DNA from: a virus
Taxonomy: Duplodnaviria > Caudoviricetes
Reading direction: 5' to 3' (one strand)
Virus record (IMG/VR): IMGVR_UViG_3300037483_000858
Coordinates: 1-49,933 of that record
Length of the DNA stretch: 49,933 nucleotides
Below, in pieces: positions 9,275-17,111 of the stretch. The position numbers and the translations under genes were made by a program. Each line of letters begins with the position of its first letter. Position 1 is the first letter of the stretch. The notes beneath the pieces are model-generated. The model saw only the letters and a list, made by a program, of their open reading frames with translations. It had not been told where the DNA came from and ran no database searches.

Positions 9275-9290
9275 TTAAACGGATTTTAAC
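9275..9290 (+). promoter_or_regulatory. CtrA-type binding site TTAA-N7-TTAAC
   Basis: ttaa acggatt ttaac matches the canonical alphaproteobacterial CtrA box; TTAA is rare in this GC-rich genome. Confidence 0.55.
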
Positions 9291-9414
9291 GCCCAAGCTC
9301 CGATCACGTTTTGAAACATTCTGTAACATTTCGTGATCATCATAGGTTTTGCTTATGGGATGGTCGGTAGCCATAGCTTCAGCCTATGGGCCGTTCGCGA
9401 CGATAGGCAGCCGA

Positions 9415-9891
9415 TCAATCAAACATATCGACCGTAGGCTTTGACGCCCTGACCGGCTTGGCGCGATTGGCCAGCTCCTCCTCACCAGCGTCAACGAACT
9501 GGCGAAGCTCGTCCGTTGTCATCTCGTGCGGATCCTTCACCCTATCCGCAATCGCCAACTCAACAGCCTTCGGCGCGATGTGGCCGGCTCGATCGAGCAT
9601 GTCCCGAGCACAGACAACGCGCAGCCTAGGGTCTGCAGTGTCATCCTTGAGTACGCCCAGGACAACGCCCAACGCCAGCGGCGCCCCTTCGACCGCTATG
9701 CGCCGTTGCATCTCTTGATGGAGTATCAGCGCCAGCCGCGGATCACGACGGAACACGGCTGCAGCATCCTCAGGGAACGAGTAGCCCGCCAGCGTGGCGG
9801 CGCCGGCCGGATCATGCCCGGCAGCGATGTGCCGCACTAAGGCTGCCTGCATGTCTGGTGTGCCGAGATAGTCGGCAATCTCTGTGGTCAT
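9415..9891 (-). CDS. terS: Terminase small subunit
   Basis: HTH with AATLAGYS, followed by the ARDMLDRAG oligomerisation motif typical of TerS. Confidence 0.7.
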   Translation of the reverse strand: MTTEIADYLGTPDMQAALVRHIAAGHDPAGAATLAGYSFPEDAAAVFRRDPRLALILHQEMQRRIAVEGAPLALGVVLGVLKDDTADPRLRVVCARDMLDRAGHIAPKAVELAIADRVKDPHEMTTDELRQFVDAGEEELANRAKPVRASKPTVDMFD

Positions 9892-10004
9892 TTGGTCAAC
9901 AATCCTGACGTAAAGTTATGTTTGACAAGGTGCTCTTTGTATGATCTGGTCGGACTACAGATTGCCACAAAGGCAGCGATAACGCCAACATTGGAGAATC
10001 GATC

Positions 10005-10184
10005 ATGGCACCGAAACCCTTCACCACTCTCGACCAGTTGCGCGCCGACATTGCCCAAGGCTGCAGGGAAGCGGCTGCCGTCTACCGCAACTCGCCCGAA
10101 CTCGGCAAGCGCGCCAGCGGCATGGCGGACCGGCTTGATGCCGATGCGCAGCGATGGGAAGCCAAGCGCGCCCGCACTGCCTGA
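10005..10184 (+). CDS. Hypothetical early protein (59 aa, MAPKPFTTLDQLRAD...)
   Basis: RBS GGAG; translated by hand. Confidence 0.6.
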   Translation: MAPKPFTTLDQLRADIAQGCREAAAVYRNSPELGKRASGMADRLDADAQRWEAKRARTA

Positions 10185-10208
10185 AAACTCGAACCTTGGA
10201 GGACTACA

Positions 10209-10733
10209 ATGCGCACGATCGACAATATTGTGGGACAAGAGGTGCTTTGCTGCCTGTCCCATCTGGTCGCCACGCTGGCGCAGGGCTACGGCCACTTGAG
10301 CCCGCAAACATTCGGCGAAAAGGCTATGACCGAATGCGAGCTACTCATGCTCTGCGAGCAAGCTGCCGGGCTCTGCTACCCGCTGCAGGATTGGGAGTCG
10401 GCCGCGATCGAGGCCGGCTGGCAATTCAGCACAGAACACGGGTCGCACTTCAAACCCGTGAGCAACCACGGAGTCGGCTATTTCGACATCGCCGAAGGCG
10501 ATTGGCAGGAACTCTGCGAACGCGAAGACATCGACCCGCACGAGCGCGAAATCTACGAGCATTGGGCCGTGACTGAGTGGCTCGCCGAAAAGCTCGAGGC
10601 GAAGGGCGAGCGTGTCGACCGCGACTTTGCCGGCCTTTGCGTGTGGGGCCGGACCACGACCGGGCAAGCCATCAGCATGGATTCCGTTATCGCGGACATC
10701 CATGCGGATCTGATTGCCGAGCATGGGGAGTAA
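10209..10733 (+). CDS. Conserved-looking acidic early phage protein
   Basis: RBS GGAGG; C-terminal EIYEHWAVTEWLAEKL...VWGRTTTGQAISMD motif. Confidence 0.75.
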   Translation: MRTIDNIVGQEVLCCLSHLVATLAQGYGHLSPQTFGEKAMTECELLMLCEQAAGLCYPLQDWESAAIEAGWQFSTEHGSHFKPVSNHGVGYFDIAEGDWQELCEREDIDPHEREIYEHWAVTEWLAEKLEAKGERVDRDFAGLCVWGRTTTGQAISMDSVIADIHADLIAEHGE

Positions 10734-10739
10734 TCCGCC

Positions 10740-10862
10740 ATGCGCAACCCGACAATCAAGTCACTCGCAGACGAGGCATGCAAGGCGATCGTTTTCGCGC
10801 TCGCCCTGTTCTGCTGGATCTTTCTCGCGGCGACGCTTGCCGCAATCACTGTGGGAGTCTGA
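10740..10862 (+). CDS. Small membrane protein (40 aa)
   Basis: RBS GGAG; one hydrophobic helix. Confidence 0.5.
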   Translation: MRNPTIKSLADEACKAIVFALALFCWIFLAATLAAITVGV

Positions 10863-10865
10863 CCG

Positions 10866-11048
10866 ATGGACACCTTGACTCACCTCAAGCGCAAATGTGA
10901 ATGGGCGGAACGGAAGTGCGCCGAAGCTTCGGCTTCCGACGCACCCTGGGCGCTTCGCAATCTCCGCTACTACCAGAACCGAGCCTATGCGTCGTGGGGC
11001 AAATACTTCGCTGCCTGCCGGGCGCTCAACGTGGAGCCGGAACTATGA
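10866..11048 (+). CDS. Hypothetical protein (60 aa)
   Basis: RBS GGAG; operon packing. Confidence 0.6.
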   Translation: MDTLTHLKRKCEWAERKCAEASASDAPWALRNLRYYQNRAYASWGKYFAACRALNVEPEL

Positions 11049-11224
11049 CCTGGAAACCCGGAACAATCGTCCGATCGATCCATACCGGCAAGCGTGTCCG
11101 CGTCGAAGGGCCCGGGCAGCACGAAGGAACATTCGCCGGCGAGTGCATCGGCACGGCGCCTCAGTTCAGCTATCGCTGGACCGCGTGGGAATGCATTTCC
11201 TTTGTTGAGGAATCGCCCACATGA
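11045..11224 (+). CDS. Hypothetical protein (59 aa, SH3-like beta composition)
   Basis: ATGA overlap with the previous gene. Confidence 0.55.
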   Translation: MTWKPGTIVRSIHTGKRVRVEGPGQHEGTFAGECIGTAPQFSYRWTAWECISFVEESPT

Positions 11225-11307
11225 CCCGCATAGCCTGGACGGTCCTGCGGCTGGCCGTGTTCCTGCTGCTGATCGCATCTTTCATCAACGGCCAAGGTTT
11301 TGTTTGA
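11221..11307 (+). CDS. Small single-TM protein (28 aa)
   Basis: ATGA overlap, RBS GAGGA, hydrophobic. Confidence 0.4.
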   Translation: MTRIAWTVLRLAVFLLLIASFINGQGFV

Positions 11308-11332
11308 CACGAAACGCGGATACCGCCATTAT
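11304..11332 (+). promoter_or_regulatory. Sigma70 promoter TTGACA-N17-CATTAT for the c4 unit
   Basis: Consensus -35, exact spacing. Confidence 0.75.
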
Positions 11333-11340
11333 CCGAATCG

Positions 11341-11404
11341 GAGCTAGCACCTCCCTTCTAGTGGCGGTATCCGCCCCCGAAAGCAAGGCGGCATTTTCAT
11401 GCCC
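11341..11404 (+). promoter_or_regulatory. c4 a1-b1 target leader (a1 TAGCACCT 11345-52, b1 CTAGTGG 11358-64, followed by a terminator-like hairpin)
   Basis: Exactly complementary to the a'/b' segments of the downstream C4-like RNA. Confidence 0.7.
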
Positions 11405-11426
11405 AATTGCATCCCGGTTCGCCGGG

Positions 11427-11492
11427 ATCGGCGGGAGGCCGGTAGCGGTAACGCCCGGGCCTGTCCACTAGCAGGTGCTACCTCCCGCTGTC
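11427..11492 (+). ncRNA. c4: C4-type antisense RNA (P1/P7 c4-like)
   Basis: Closing stem cggcgggagg/cctcccgctg, GTAA tetraloop hairpin, b' CCACTAG (11465-71) and a' AGGTGCTA (11473-80). Confidence 0.7.
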
Positions 11493-11551
11493 GCCTTGCA
11501 TGGCTGCCTGGCGCCGGCGCCATTCAACGCCTTTAGTGGAAGGCTGAAACC

Positions 11552-11773
11552 ATGGCGAAGAATCTAACAGAAATCATTCACGAAGTGTACAACGACCACG
11601 TGTGTGCGCAGGAGGATCGGGGCGGGCCATCATCGCTGCTGTTTCGTTCCAACGGCGGGATAATCTACGTATCCGGCGAAATCGATTTCGACACATACCA
11701 CCGCATCTGCGCCGCGCTAGACGCGGGACCCAGCGGACCTTTCAAGCGATGCGGAACCCAGAATCTACGGTAG
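11552..11773 (+). CDS. Hypothetical protein under putative C4 control (icd/ant position)
   Basis: A second b-like site TTAGTGG (11533-39) overlaps its RBS region. Confidence 0.55.
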   Translation: MAKNLTEIIHEVYNDHVCAQEDRGGPSSLLFRSNGGIIYVSGEIDFDTYHRICAALDAGPSGPFKRCGTQNLR

Positions 11774-11792
11774 TACATGTTTGACAATCCAG

Positions 11793-11827
11793 CCCTCCGG
11801 CCCCACATTCAGGGTCGGAGGGTTTTT
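11793..11827 (+). terminator. Rho-independent terminator
   Basis: ccctccggccc...gggtcggaggg followed by TTTTT. Confidence 0.7.
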
Positions 11828-11829
11828 CT

Positions 11830-12090
11830 ATGCCAAAAGCACTTGAGGTCTTCCTCCTCGCCATAGGCTACATTCTGTCGGTCCCGATTCGCATCCTGGA
11901 CGACTTTCTAGACATTTTGGTGGAGATCCCGCGAGCGGCATGGATTGCCCTGCTGTTAGTCGGAGTTGCCGGCTTCCTACTGGATTCCATTATCACACCC
12001 GCACCCCGCGGCACCGCAATCCCTCCGGAAATTTCAGCCAGCGGTGGTGTTGTTCCTTTGCTCGACCTCGACGGGAACAGACTTCGTTGA
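11830..12090 (+). CDS. Hypothetical membrane protein (86 aa)
   Basis: Two hydrophobic segments; TTGACA-N17-CACATT upstream. Confidence 0.5.
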   Translation: MPKALEVFLLAIGYILSVPIRILDDFLDILVEIPRAAWIALLLVGVAGFLLDSIITPAPRGTAIPPEISASGGVVPLLDLDGNRLR

Positions 12091-12344
12091 GAAATTTTTA
12101 GCGTTTTCCAAAATCTCCAAAAAGTCCGACGAAACGCCCCATCAGTCTGTCCGACTCCCCTAAAGGGGGGTGTCTGACTGTCTGAATCTGATCGGCTTTA
12201 CGTGTCTGACATGTCTGACATGTCTGATTGTTTCCTAACCCATTGGCCTTTCTTGGTTTTCTCGATAATACCCTTTGTCTGAAGGCGCGTCTTACATCGA
12301 CTGACAGTCTGATATGAGACTACAGCGGACAAGTGATTCAGACA
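12091..12344. repeat. Iteron-like TGTCTGA(C) array plus AT-rich tract: probable replication origin
   Basis: TGTCTGA at 12171, 12179, 12203, 12212, 12221 and 12276, an inverted copy at 12338, a cccc-taaa-gggg hairpin, and an AT-rich stretch at 12091-12122. Confidence 0.65.
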
Positions 12345-14267
12345 CGCGAAATCCTCCTGTTTAACGCCTCGCGTTTGGGGGAAAAACATGACTTTTGCAT
12401 CTTGCTTTTCTCCCGACCAACGCGCGATCTCGTTCAGCTCGTCCTGCTTGATGGCTGCCATCCGCGCCCCGATCACACTGCCGCTCGGCAACACTCCCTT
12501 CTCGTCTGCGATGGCGCGCATGAACAGGATGTCCTCGCTGTCCATTTCGTCGCCGAACACTTCGCCGGGCGCGGCCACGGCAAGAACGCAACTGGTCACC
12601 TGATCGCCGTCGGAATCGACACCGAGGTCCACGGTCTCCAGTTTGAACCTGATCGGCGGCGAGGAATCCATGTCCCGCTGCTTGGTGACCTTGATCGTGC
12701 CGTCGACGATCTCGATCTCGGTGTCGGTGGCCGCGCGCAGCGAGGAGTGGCCCCGCGCCCCCTTGGCTTTGTCCTTGCCCGAGTGATGCACCACCATCAG
12801 GTGCGCCTGAGTGACCGCGCGCACCCGGTCGAAGTTTTTGATCAAGGCGCCCATGTCTTTGGATGTGTTCTCGTCGCCGCCGGCGAGCACCCTGGACAGC
12901 GTATCGACCACCACCAGCGAAGGGTCGGTGCCGTAGTCCGCGGCGACCGCCCGCACAATGGCCAGCAGCGCGTTTATGTCGGCCTCGCTGTTGAGCAGGT
13001 TCACGGGGCACGGAATGAGCACCAACGGCAGGTTCTCGCCCCCCTTGGCCTGCTTGAGCGCCGCCAAGCGCCGGAAGATGCCACGGCCTCCCTCGGCCGC
13101 CAGGTAGATGGCCAGACCCTGCTGGGCCTTCTTTCTGCCCCACGCGACGCCCGCGGCTACGTGGTAGGCCATGTCGAGCGCCACGAACGTCTTGCCCGAG
13201 TTCGATTCGCCGTACACCACACTGAACGCCCGCTGGTCGAGCAATCCCTTGATCAGCGGGGCTGGGTGCTCTGCGAGCGCCTGCCGGGCCGCATCGTCGA
13301 AACCGACGTAGTAGAGATTGCCGACATCGGCGCTGTCGTGCTCAGGTCCGCCGCTCATGTCCACGACCCCGGACAGGTCTACAAAGTCCGCTGCCGGACT
13401 GGCAATCCCGATCGGCGACGTGCCGTATCTGTACGCGTGGGCCACCAAGGCTTGCAGTTCTTCCGGATTCCACGGCGGTATGGCCTTGCCAGCCTCGTTC
13501 CAGTGCTCGCTCATCAGATCGAAATTGACGTCCGGCGATATTCCTAAATCCTTGACCCTGCCCGCGACCTGGTAGGTGGTCAGGTCGCCACCGCAACCCT
13601 GCGTCGCTTCCGGCGCCTCATCCCTCAGATAATCGATGGAGCGACGTATTGCCGCAGGGGCATCCAGATCAACCAACGCCGGCCTGTCGTCGCGCTCTGT
13701 CACCCGGGCCCTCGCACACCGCTCGATCATGTCGTCAGGCATCGGCTCGATCGGCGAATCGGCCGGCGTCAGCCACTCATACACCAGATCGCCGATCGTC
13801 GATCCAGGTGCGATCACATATCCGTGATAAGCGCGCACATCGACGCCTGGCGCCAGTTTCTCGACGGTATTGCGCAGGTCCACGTCCTCCGGCACCGACA
13901 GATAGACATGGACGCCGCCGCTGGCCGTTCGGGCACGCAGCGATGGCGGCAGCGCGCCGGGTATGTCGTCCCACGCATCGAGCGCGGCGAGACCGGCCTT
14001 GCCGTGCTTGCAGTCGAAGTCGAGCACGACCAGCCCGCGGCCGGTGGCTATCCCAATGTTGTAGTGCTTGGGTGCTCCGGTATCGTCGGACCAGAATCGC
14101 GCTACAATAGCCGGATCGTCAGACGCGCGCTCCGGCCATTTATCTATCGCGGGCTTGCGTCCATCGACCACGAGCGGGAACACGCGAAAGCCCCGTTCGG
14201 CCAAGGATATGGCCATTTCTCGCTTGTCTTTTGGTGTGTCCGTGTCTACATTGGCGGTGGCGTTCAT
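12198..14267 (-). CDS. Bifunctional primase-polymerase fused to an AAA_25/RepA-like helicase
   Basis: Prim-Pol motifs VFPL..KP, NIGIATG..LVVLDFD, TASGGVHVY, DVRA..GYVIAPGS; helicase YGESNSGKT, LVVVDTL, VVHHSGKD..RGHSSL. Confidence 0.92.
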   Translation of the reverse strand: MNATANVDTDTPKDKREMAISLAERGFRVFPLVVDGRKPAIDKWPERASDDPAIVARFWSDDTGAPKHYNIGIATGRGLVVLDFDCKHGKAGLAALDAWDDIPGALPPSLRARTASGGVHVYLSVPEDVDLRNTVEKLAPGVDVRAYHGYVIAPGSTIGDLVYEWLTPADSPIEPMPDDMIERCARARVTERDDRPALVDLDAPAAIRRSIDYLRDEAPEATQGCGGDLTTYQVAGRVKDLGISPDVNFDLMSEHWNEAGKAIPPWNPEELQALVAHAYRYGTSPIGIASPAADFVDLSGVVDMSGGPEHDSADVGNLYYVGFDDAARQALAEHPAPLIKGLLDQRAFSVVYGESNSGKTFVALDMAYHVAAGVAWGRKKAQQGLAIYLAAEGGRGIFRRLAALKQAKGGENLPLVLIPCPVNLLNSEADINALLAIVRAVAADYGTDPSLVVVDTLSRVLAGGDENTSKDMGALIKNFDRVRAVTQAHLMVVHHSGKDKAKGARGHSSLRAATDTEIEIVDGTIKVTKQRDMDSSPPIRFKLETVDLGVDSDGDQVTSCVLAVAAPGEVFGDEMDSEDILFMRAIADEKGVLPSGSVIGARMAAIKQDELNEIARWSGEKQDAKVMFFPQTRGVKQEDFACLNHLSAVVSYQTVSRCKTRLQTKGIIEKTKKGQWVRKQSDMSDMSDT

Positions 14268-14295
14268 TCGCTGCTTTCTCCAAAAGGCAAACTTT

Positions 14296-14327
14296 GCGCC
14301 CCGTCGGTTGTCTTCCGGCGGGGCGCT
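14296..14327. terminator. Hairpin gcgccccgtcgg/ccggcggggcgc between ORF 14355-14744 and the primase
   Basis: 12-bp GC-rich stem flanked by T/A tracts. Confidence 0.45.
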
Positions 14328-14354
14328 CATTTTTCTACCTTGTGGACGTGGTCG

Positions 14355-14744
14355 TCAAGTTTTGTCGGACTCGCGGAAGGCGGCGGCCTCCATCGCTCTC
14401 AGAATTGCTATCAGGTGGGCACGGGGCTCGCTGGTGGGGTGTGTGCCTTCAACCGATTGATACGAACTGAGTTTTGAAAGACGGACAGCGCATCCGTCCG
14501 GCGGATTAACGGCAACCGTTCGCCCATCCCACCCCGGCAGCGCCACCGCTTGCAGTTCTGCGCAGGCATCGCGCCATGCCTCTGCCCGGATGAATTTCAT
14601 CAGGTAATCAAGCCTGCGGTCGCCCCAATTTGGCTTGATCCCGCACGCCTTCATGACCTCGTAGAACAGGGGCCTGTCCATGTGGGGGCCGTCTGGTCCA
14701 TCGGGTTCCGACAGCCGCTCCACAAGTTCCTTGATGTCGCCCAT
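14355..14744 (-). CDS. Hypothetical protein (129 aa)
   Basis: RBS GGAGGG before MGDIKELVERL. Confidence 0.6.
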   Translation of the reverse strand: MGDIKELVERLSEPDGPDGPHMDRPLFYEVMKACGIKPNWGDRRLDYLMKFIRAEAWRDACAELQAVALPGWDGRTVAVNPPDGCAVRLSKLSSYQSVEGTHPTSEPRAHLIAILRAMEAAAFRESDKT

Positions 14745-14813
14745 CGCTCTATTCCCTCCGTGTTCGTCGTAGTGTTGGCGGGTGTCGCCCGCCGTCGAGA
14801 TACGAACGCAGAT

Positions 14814-14847
14814 TACTCTTGCCAACCGCACTAAGCAAGAGTAGTGT
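14814..14847. promoter_or_regulatory. Divergent overlapping promoters with a perfect 9-bp inverted repeat TACTCTTGC-N12-GCAAGAGTA
   Basis: Plus TTGCCA-N17-TAGTGT, minus TTGCTT-N17-TAATCT; upstream of the Cro-like gene. Confidence 0.6.
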
Positions 14848-14854
14848 CTTATGC

Positions 14855-15055
14855 ATGACGACGAAGCCGACACTTTTAGACAAAGTCGAGGGGGTCATGG
14901 ACCTGACCGGTATGAGCGCGACCAGATTCGGCTATCTCGCCGTCGGCGATCCGGCCTTCGTGCTCAAGCTGCGCCGCGGTCGCCGGTCGCGGCCCGGCAC
15001 GGTCAAGAAGGTGATGGCCTTCCTGGACGAGGTGACAGCGAGGGGTGCGCAATGA
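14855..15055 (+). CDS. Cro-like HTH regulator (66 aa)
   Basis: MSATRFGYLAVGDPAFVLKLRRGR pattern typical of alphaproteobacterial phage Cro-like proteins. Confidence 0.75.
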   Translation: MTTKPTLLDKVEGVMDLTGMSATRFGYLAVGDPAFVLKLRRGRRSRPGTVKKVMAFLDEVTARGAQ

Positions 15056-15336
15056 TCGAATCGGGAATGAGCTTCGAGTTCTCGCCCGGTAGTGAGAAGC
15101 ACCGCGAGACGCTGGTGTTGGCGGACGACCTTCGGGGTGTCGTTAACGCAGCGTTCACCAACCTGGCCGGGCTTGGCGTGGCCAAGCCGATGGCAGCGGA
15201 CGTGGTGATCGGCAGCGTGCTCGACATCGTCTTCGAGTCGATGGAGAAGGTCGGTGTCAAAACTGATGACGAGTGCATGTCGTGGTGTAGGGAACAATTC
15301 GATCTTTTCAAGGAGGGCTGCGATGAACAGGACTGA
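15052..15336 (+). CDS. Hypothetical protein (94 aa)
   Basis: ATGA overlap. Confidence 0.6.
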   Translation: MIESGMSFEFSPGSEKHRETLVLADDLRGVVNAAFTNLAGLGVAKPMAADVVIGSVLDIVFESMEKVGVKTDDECMSWCREQFDLFKEGCDEQD

Positions 15337-15763
15337 GGTACTGGACAAGGCGAAGGCGGCGGTCGCCGACCGCGAAGGCAAGTACGGCCACCCACGTGAG
15401 AACTTCGAGCGCATCGCACTGCGGTGGCAGACGCATCTAGTCAATCGCTACGGGTATGGTGCTGGTTTCACCAGTCTCGACGCAGAAGACGTCGCCATTA
15501 TGCTGGCCGACGTGAAGCTCGCCCGTGCCGAGAGCGGTGTCTACCTTGAGGACAACTTCATCGACGGCGCCGGCTACATCGCCCTGGCTGCCGAGGTCGG
15601 CGCGCCGCACGATCAGGGCAGCGTCAATCTGACGCCGTCCGAGATAATCGAGGCGCTGCGCGCCGGCGAAGCCGACATATCGGAGTACCTCAACCAGCGC
15701 CGCGGCGACTGCCCTTTCGGGAATCCGGATTGTCTGAAGTGCTATCCGGACCGTCAGAAGTGA
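15323..15763 (+). CDS. DUF6378-like phage protein (all-alpha nucleotide pyrophosphatase-like)
   Basis: DR..YG.P..NF.RIA..W ... KLAR ... D..ID.AGY.A motif. Confidence 0.75.
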   Translation: MNRTEVLDKAKAAVADREGKYGHPRENFERIALRWQTHLVNRYGYGAGFTSLDAEDVAIMLADVKLARAESGVYLEDNFIDGAGYIALAAEVGAPHDQGSVNLTPSEIIEALRAGEADISEYLNQRRGDCPFGNPDCLKCYPDRQK

Positions 15764-16224
15764 CCCTGCTCGCGCTCGACCTGGGCACGAACACAGGTTT
15801 CGCACTGGAGCAAGACGGGGCCACCGAAGGGCTGACGGTCGTTTCCGGCACATGGGTGTTCAAGCCCGGCCGGTTCGAGGGCGGCGGCATGCGCTACCTG
15901 CGCTTCGCCGCCAAGCTCGACGAGATGCACGCCGCGGTAGGCATCTCCCGGGTGGCCTTCGAGGAGGTCCGCGCGCACAAGGGCTGCGACGCCGCGCACG
16001 TCTACGGCGGACTGATGGGCCAACTGACCGCGTGGTGCGAGAAGAACGGGATTCCCTACGAGGGCATTCCGGTCGGCACCATCAAGAAGTTCGCGACCGG
16101 CAAGGGCAATGCCAACAAGGCGGCGATGATCGTGGCGGTCGAGAAGTGGGGCTACCACCCCGAGGACGACAACGAGGCCGACGCGCTGGCGCTGCTGCAC
16201 TTTGTGAAAGGATGGAGGCCGTGA
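15760..16224 (+). CDS. RuvC-like Holliday junction resolvase
   Basis: LALDLGTNTG, FEEV, KKFATGKGNANK, DDNEADAL. Confidence 0.85.
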   Translation: MTLLALDLGTNTGFALEQDGATEGLTVVSGTWVFKPGRFEGGGMRYLRFAAKLDEMHAAVGISRVAFEEVRAHKGCDAAHVYGGLMGQLTAWCEKNGIPYEGIPVGTIKKFATGKGNANKAAMIVAVEKWGYHPEDDNEADALALLHFVKGWRP

Positions 16225-16415
16225 TCGATATCCTGTTCCGCATCGGCGGTTTCTGCCTTTTCGCGGCACTGAGCGCAGGAATGGCTTTCGTCGGATACAC
16301 AGTGGCAGGGTCCGCATCCTTTCCTATCGTTGCTCAGGTCATCGTGATTGTGGGGGCCGGAGGGATAGCGGTCGCTTTTGCCGCGGTTGCACTCATGGCT
16401 TTCGATCCGGACTGA
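16221..16415 (+). CDS. Small two-TM membrane protein
   Basis: GTGA overlap, RBS GGAGG, hydrophobic. Confidence 0.55.
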   Translation: MIDILFRIGGFCLFAALSAGMAFVGYTVAGSASFPIVAQVIVIVGAGGIAVAFAAVALMAFDPD

Positions 16416-16732
16416 TGGCACCCAGAAAGCCTAAACCAACTCAGCGGCGCAACCCCGACGACGCGCTGCAGGACGAAGCGATCGCTGCATGCGTTAAGGA
16501 ATTCGCCACGTGGTTGACGGGCGCCAAGAGCCGCACGATTGGCTCGCTGACGAAGGAAGAGGCGACGAAGCTATGCACCGCGGTGGTGCATGCATGGATC
16601 CGCAAGCGCGCCGAGCAGGCGCAGCGGCCGGAGGTGATAGCGAGAGACCTGGACAGTTTCATCCGGGTCGATCTGGACGACCCGCTGCCGGACACCTTCG
16701 GGCCGGCGAGCTTTGAGGATTTGTTGGATTGA
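16415..16732 (+). CDS. Hypothetical protein (105 aa)
   Basis: TGATG coupling. Confidence 0.6.
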   Translation: MAPRKPKPTQRRNPDDALQDEAIAACVKEFATWLTGAKSRTIGSLTKEEATKLCTAVVHAWIRKRAEQAQRPEVIARDLDSFIRVDLDDPLPDTFGPASFEDLLD

Positions 16733-16871
16733 TTCCCCAGCCGGAAGGGTGCTCCCTCGACGGAGCGTTATCCGGACGCGGATTGGACGGTGAGTGCCGC
16801 GGCATGCCAAAACCCCGTCAGCCGGTGGGTGGCCTACTCCCGCCGTCGCGACCGGCAAAAACGTGAATGGA

Positions 16872-17111
16872 ATGTATGAAATTATGCCTGATGACGAGCG
16901 ACAAGATTGGCTGGAAGAGGCGAAGCGGCTACTGGCCGAGCTCGGACCGATGTATTCCGAGATCGCGCGCCGTGTCGGTAAGAGCCGCCAGCTGGTCCAT
17001 TACCACCTGACCGGTGCCCGCAAGCAGCGCCGCCGGCTGACGCCCGAGCAGGCCATGCGCCGCCGCGTCTATGCGCGGGAATATGCACGACGGAGGAGGA
17101 GGGGTGAGTGA
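16872..17111 (+). CDS. Small basic HTH protein
   Basis: YSEIARRVGKSRQLVHYHL helix-turn-helix. Confidence 0.6.
   Translation: MYEIMPDDERQDWLEEAKRLLAELGPMYSEIARRVGKSRQLVHYHLTGARKQRRRLTPEQAMRRRVYAREYARRRRRGE

Noticed and set aside
9922-9945. Consensus promoter TTGACA...TATGAT before the early genes
   Set aside because: The spacer is only 12 nt. A promoter probably exists here, but these hexamers do not define it.
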